DNA from: Candidatus Kapaibacterium sp.
Lineage (GTDB): Bacteria > Bacteroidota > Ignavibacteria > OLB7
Length of the DNA stretch: 64,000 bases
Direction of reading: 5' to 3'
Assembly (NCBI GenBank): GCA_035549015.1
Contig: DASZRW010000059.1
Coordinates: forward strand, 265 to 64,264
Shown here: piece after piece, positions 60,717 to 64,000 of the stretch
Position numbering within the stretch: position 1 is the stretch's first letter
Layout: every line of letters begins with the position of its first letter
Notes under the pieces: model-generated
The model's input: the letters and a program-made list of their open reading frames with translations, nothing else
Database searches by the model: none
Told to the model about the DNA's origin: nothing
Made by a program: the position numbers and the translations under genes

Positions 60717-62372
60717 TCAGCCGTCCTTGTGCTTCACGTCGTACACGCGAAGCTCATCTCCCTTCGGCTTCTGCTGCTTTGCCGGGGTCTGCTGTTTGGC
60801 CGGTGACTGCTGTTTGGCCGGCGTCTTCGGTTTTGCCTGGGCGCCATCGGCCGCCTTCATATCCTGCACCTTCGGCTCGGAGGCCTTCGGTTCCGCGGCT
60901 TTCGGCTCGGAGGCCTTGGGGTCCTGCGCCTTCGGCTCCGCGTGCTTCGCTCCCTCCTGTTGCGGGCTTGCTACATCATGAACCGCCTGGCCGTTGCTCC
61001 CCTGCGCTCCATCGCCGTTTCCGGACGCGTCCCCAACCTGTGTGGTCGATGGCTCCTGCGGTTCGATGTGTGTCTGCTTCTGATGGATGTCGTCCTGCCG
61101 CGCGCGCGCCGCGGCAACGGAATCGAGCGGCTGCGCCTTGGCATGATGCGGCGGCACGTTCCTCCGTCCATAGGCGAACTGCCGTGTCTCCCGCTCCACG
61201 TCGTGGAAGGCCTGGCGCTCCTCGTCCATGTACTTCTTCACCGCTGCGGCCTTGTCCTGCTTCTTCGTGCCGTTGTAGGCGTTCACCATCAGATGCTCCA
61301 CGCGGTTGCGAAGCTCCTGCCGCTGCGGGCGCTCCTGCACCTGCAGCCATGCCTTCTGTTCGTATACCGGCTCCATGATTGCGAGCACGGCGCGATCGTT
61401 CTTCTGCTGTGCCTCGGCGTGGTGCAGGATCTCGTTCAGGCGCGGGTAGGGATTGTAGCGCCCGAGGTCGTCGATCTGCTCGCCGGTGCGGCGCACCAGG
61501 CTGTTGACAACGGAAGCCATCTGGTCCGGCTCCGGGATCTCCACGCCGTCCACCCGTTCCAGGTTGATGCGCGGACGCATCGTCTGCGTGATGTGCGCGG
61601 AGTCCAGCGCGTTGCCGTTCTTCAACACGTACACCAGCGCCTGCGCGGTGTTGAAGTCGATGTCCGTATCCACCATGCCGAGACCCATGCGGAGCATCAG
61701 GTCGCCCTTGGCTCCGGTGAGAAGATCGGCGCGGCGAATCAACTGCGTCCGGATGAACTTCCCCTGATTGTAGCTGCGCTGCACGTCGCCAAGCGGATAC
61801 GACTTGCGATGCCGCAGGAACTGCAGTGCCGTTGCCGGGTCCTTGTAGCCAAGCAGTTCCAGCACGCCCATCACCTGGCTGAACGAGACCTCCACATAGT
61901 AGTTGATCTTCTTGCCGGTGAGCTTGGAGATAGCCTTGATGAAGGTGTTGCGTCCTCTGAGCGCCCGAACGTTCGCCATGAACGCGAGATCGTCCTCGAT
62001 GCCGTAGCCCGGAGCCTCCGTCCCGCGCGGCACGGACGTGATCACGGCTCCCACGGAGTCCTTCGTGCGGATGGTGATCAGATGAATCGCATCGGCATGG
62101 TTGTCGTGCGAGGCCAGCCTGTTGTCCAGGCCAACCAGCAGAATGTTCACCTCGGCGGGAAGTTCGGCGGCGCGCTTCTTGATCGATTCGTCGAACACCA
62201 CCTCGTACGCCTTGTCGGTGACGGCAGCGGCCGTGGCAAGCGGCGTAGGGACCGGTGTAAGCCAGGAGACAACCTGCCACGCCATCAGTCCCAGTATGCC
62301 GAATCCCAGATACCAATGCCACCTCCGTTTACGGCGCGGCTTCTCGGTCTCGGTCGGTTCCTGTGTGTTCAT
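60717..62372 (-). CDS. LytR-CpsA-Psr (LCP) family protein with Lys/Pro/Ala-rich repetitive C-terminal tail
   Basis: N-terminal TM helix. LCP core (ILLVGLDNR...ADAIHLITI...INYYVEVSFS). C-terminal repeats AEPKAQDPKASEPKAAEPKASEPK and PAKQQSPAKQQTPAKQQKPK. Confidence 0.8.
   Translation of the reverse strand: MNTQEPTETEKPRRKRRWHWYLGFGILGLMAWQVVSWLTPVPTPLATAAAVTDKAYEVVFDESIKKRAAELPAEVNILLVGLDNRLASHDNHADAIHLITIRTKDSVGAVITSVPRGTEAPGYGIEDDLAFMANVRALRGRNTFIKAISKLTGKKINYYVEVSFSQVMGVLELLGYKDPATALQFLRHRKSYPLGDVQRSYNQGKFIRTQLIRRADLLTGAKGDLMLRMGLGMVDTDIDFNTAQALVYVLKNGNALDSAHITQTMRPRINLERVDGVEIPEPDQMASVVNSLVRRTGEQIDDLGRYNPYPRLNEILHHAEAQQKNDRAVLAIMEPVYEQKAWLQVQERPQRQELRNRVEHLMVNAYNGTKKQDKAAAVKKYMDEERQAFHDVERETRQFAYGRRNVPPHHAKAQPLDSVAAARARQDDIHQKQTHIEPQEPSTTQVGDASGNGDGAQGSNGQAVHDVASPQQEGAKHAEPKAQDPKASEPKAAEPKASEPKVQDMKAADGAQAKPKTPAKQQSPAKQQTPAKQQKPKGDELRVYDVKHKDG
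60760..60955. repeat. Tandem, imperfect 15-30 bp repeats inside the 3' end of the LCP gene
   Basis: Repeated ctgctgtttggccgg and gccttcggctcggaggccttcgg units that encode the repetitive tail. Confidence 0.5.
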
Positions 62373-62456
62373 GAGGATTCAAAAAAGTCGTAGGCGGCAA
62401 ATATATGGAATAATGATCCAGAGATTATCCCCTGATAATACCGGGTAGTCCGCGGT

Positions 62457-62515
62457 GATGAATGATGAATGATGAATGATGGGTTATGGATGATGGGGGT
62501 AATGAATGATGGGCG
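62457..62515. repeat. Heptanucleotide simple-sequence repeat (TGATGAA)n with degenerate extension, plus nearby inverted repeats
   Basis: tgatgaatgatgaatgatgaatgatgggttatggatgatgggggtaatgaatgatggg, followed by the GTTATGcactctCATAAC hairpin and GGGTTATG / CATAACCC inverted copies. Confidence 0.6.
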
Positions 62516-62565
62516 TGGCGTGTGTGTTATGCACTCTCATAACCCATCACCCATACCTCTCCAGC

Positions 62566-63822
62566 CTACGCAACCACGGGGATGCTCTGAACCGGTGTGT
62601 CGTGCGGCTCCTGGCTGCAGAGCGGCAGCCAGCCGGGGCGGCCGAGCATCTTCCTGTACATCCGCGGCGGAATGGAAAGGAGCGTGTCTCCCCCCTCCAT
62701 CGGCAGGCAGGTTCTGAGCGGTTCGTTTCCCGCCACTACCTTCTGCGCCCATTCCGGCTCCATCACAAGCGTCCGTCCCATCGCCACAAGGTCCGGTCCG
62801 TCGGCAAGGACGGCCTCTGCTGCGGCCGGGGAAAGAATGGACCCGACACCGATCACGGAGGTGCGATGGCGGACGCAGTCGGCAATGACCCGCGCGCGCG
62901 GGCGGCGATCCGCGTCGTCGCGCAGGCTGCCGGCGAAGTAGTCGTTGGTGGAGATATGCAGCCAGTCCGGCCGGCAGGCCACGAGGCCCTCAACCAGCTG
63001 AAGAGTGTCGGCGAGCGTGATGCCCGGATCGTCCACTTCCTCCGGCGAAAGGCGGTAGCCGATTGCGAAGGGCCGGTAGGCATTGCGGCGCACCACCTTC
63101 TGCACTTCCTCGAGAACGGCAATCGGGAAGGCGGCGCGATTCTCCAGCGAGCCTCCCCACTGGTCAGACCGGCGGTTCGCGTGGGGGGAGAAGAACTGCT
63201 GCAGCAGATAACCGTTGGCGCCATGGATCTCCACGCCGTCGTATCCCGCAACGATTGCGCGCCGCGCCGCCGCGCCGAATGCCTTTATCGTCTCCTCGAT
63301 CTCCACCTCCGTCATCGGCCGGGGCACGTCCGCGCCGGGGCGTCGCGCCGGGATGTCGCTGGGCGCCAGCGGCGCGTGGCCCAGAATGGAGGCAGGGCAC
63401 AGCCTGCCGCCGTGATGGATCTGCAGGATTGCCAGAGCGTGCCCCTCGTGAATCGCACGAGCGGCGCTCGCGAGGCTGGGGATCATCTCATCGCCTGCGC
63501 AGCTCCACTGCCCGTCGAACGCATGCCCATGATCGATCACGCGGCAGGCCGCCGTGATTGCCATCCCCACGCCGCGCGCGCGCCGGCGAAGGAATTCGAT
63601 CTCCTCCGGCGTAATCGTTCCGTCGCTGTTGGAGGAATACGTTGTCATGGGCGCAAGCACCAGACGGTTGCGCACGGCCGTGTGCCCCGCCGTGAACGTG
63701 AGCGGCGTAAAGAGCTTCGTGGACGTGGGGTCGATCTGCACGTTGGTCCGAAGTGAAAGGCTGACGATGTATAGTGGGTCCCCGGGGTCGCCGGCGGCGG
63801 GCCGTTCGATCGGGCGGCGCAA
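62566..63822 (-). CDS. NADH:flavin oxidoreductase of the Old Yellow Enzyme family
   Basis: LFTPLTFTAGHTAVRNRLVLAPMTT N-terminus and the GYDGVEIHGANGYLLQQFFSPHANRRSDQWGGSLENR TIM-barrel active-site region. The ORF-track start is TTG; an alternative GTG at ~63741 is possible. Confidence 0.85.
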   Translation of the reverse strand: MRRPIERPAAGDPGDPLYIVSLSLRTNVQIDPTSTKLFTPLTFTAGHTAVRNRLVLAPMTTYSSNSDGTITPEEIEFLRRRARGVGMAITAACRVIDHGHAFDGQWSCAGDEMIPSLASAARAIHEGHALAILQIHHGGRLCPASILGHAPLAPSDIPARRPGADVPRPMTEVEIEETIKAFGAAARRAIVAGYDGVEIHGANGYLLQQFFSPHANRRSDQWGGSLENRAAFPIAVLEEVQKVVRRNAYRPFAIGYRLSPEEVDDPGITLADTLQLVEGLVACRPDWLHISTNDYFAGSLRDDADRRPRARVIADCVRHRTSVIGVGSILSPAAAEAVLADGPDLVAMGRTLVMEPEWAQKVVAGNEPLRTCLPMEGGDTLLSIPPRMYRKMLGRPGWLPLCSQEPHDTPVQSIPVVA

Positions 63823-64000
63823 ATATCCGATAAAGTTCCCGATGCGATGCTACCGAGTTTGGTATCATCCGGTGTACGCTCACCGATTCTTCCTATTTTC
63901 GCCCCCGTTCGTCCGTCAGGGCCATATGGCCTTTGTTGAACCGGCTGCACCAAACTGCCCACAGCCCTGCAGCGCTCACCGTTGGAAGCCCAAAGGAGAA

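Noticed and set aside
1-64000. CRISPR arrays, tRNA or rRNA genes.
   Set aside because: No regularly spaced direct repeats and no tRNA-like T-arm or acceptor signatures were found in the intergenic regions inspected.

Overview
This 64 kb window is high-GC bacterial chromosome. Three clues point to a high-GC member of the Bacteroidota/Rhodothermota (FCB) lineage. One protein carries a T9SS-type C-terminal sorting domain. Several upstream regions have a Bacteroidota-style -33 TTG / -7 TAnnTTTG promoter. There are many OmpA, TonB and TPR envelope proteins.

The flanks are ordinary housekeeping. On the left (0.1-13.5 kb): a YyaL-like thioredoxin-domain protein, a GT2 glycosyltransferase, NAD kinase, IspD, nuoG-nuoH-nuoI and an ADP-ribosylglycohydrolase. 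On the right (39-64 kb): OmpA-family and beta-barrel outer-membrane proteins, a secreted PLD-family protein, a large AAA-BTAD regulator, malate dehydrogenase, TonB, a long TPR protein, a voltage-gated K+ channel, an LCP-family protein and an Old-Yellow-Enzyme flavin oxidoreductase.

The centre (13.6-38.7 kb) is the interesting part. It holds three paralogous copies of a gene module:
- a ~1000-aa STAND NTPase, with an unassigned ~200-aa N-terminal domain, an NB-ARC-like ATPase and C-terminal TPR repeats;
- a ~560-aa regulator with TPR repeats, a coiled coil and a LuxR-type HTH;
- one or two divergently transcribed small proteins (135-153 aa) that share a C-terminal hydrophobic motif I-[TS]-I-[IV]-[VL]-Q-[PIL]-G.

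Two of the three STAND genes are preceded by a duplicated 82-aa protein gene. They also share a conserved promoter/leader element.

Between module 1 and module 2 lies a co-directional cluster. It has a leaderless subtilisin-like S8 protease, two paralogous ~340-aa proteins of unknown family, a LamG-fold protein, and two tandem paralogous precursor-like peptides. Each peptide has an AAGGAG RBS, an ~33-aa leader-like N-terminus and a 38-aa hydrophobic core with eight cysteines at identical spacing. This looks like a bacteriocin or RiPP-like locus.

No tRNA, rRNA, CRISPR, transposase or integrase was recognised. All functional assignments rest on motif-level reading of the translated ORFs. No database search was possible. 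Gene starts are inferred and may be off by a few codons.
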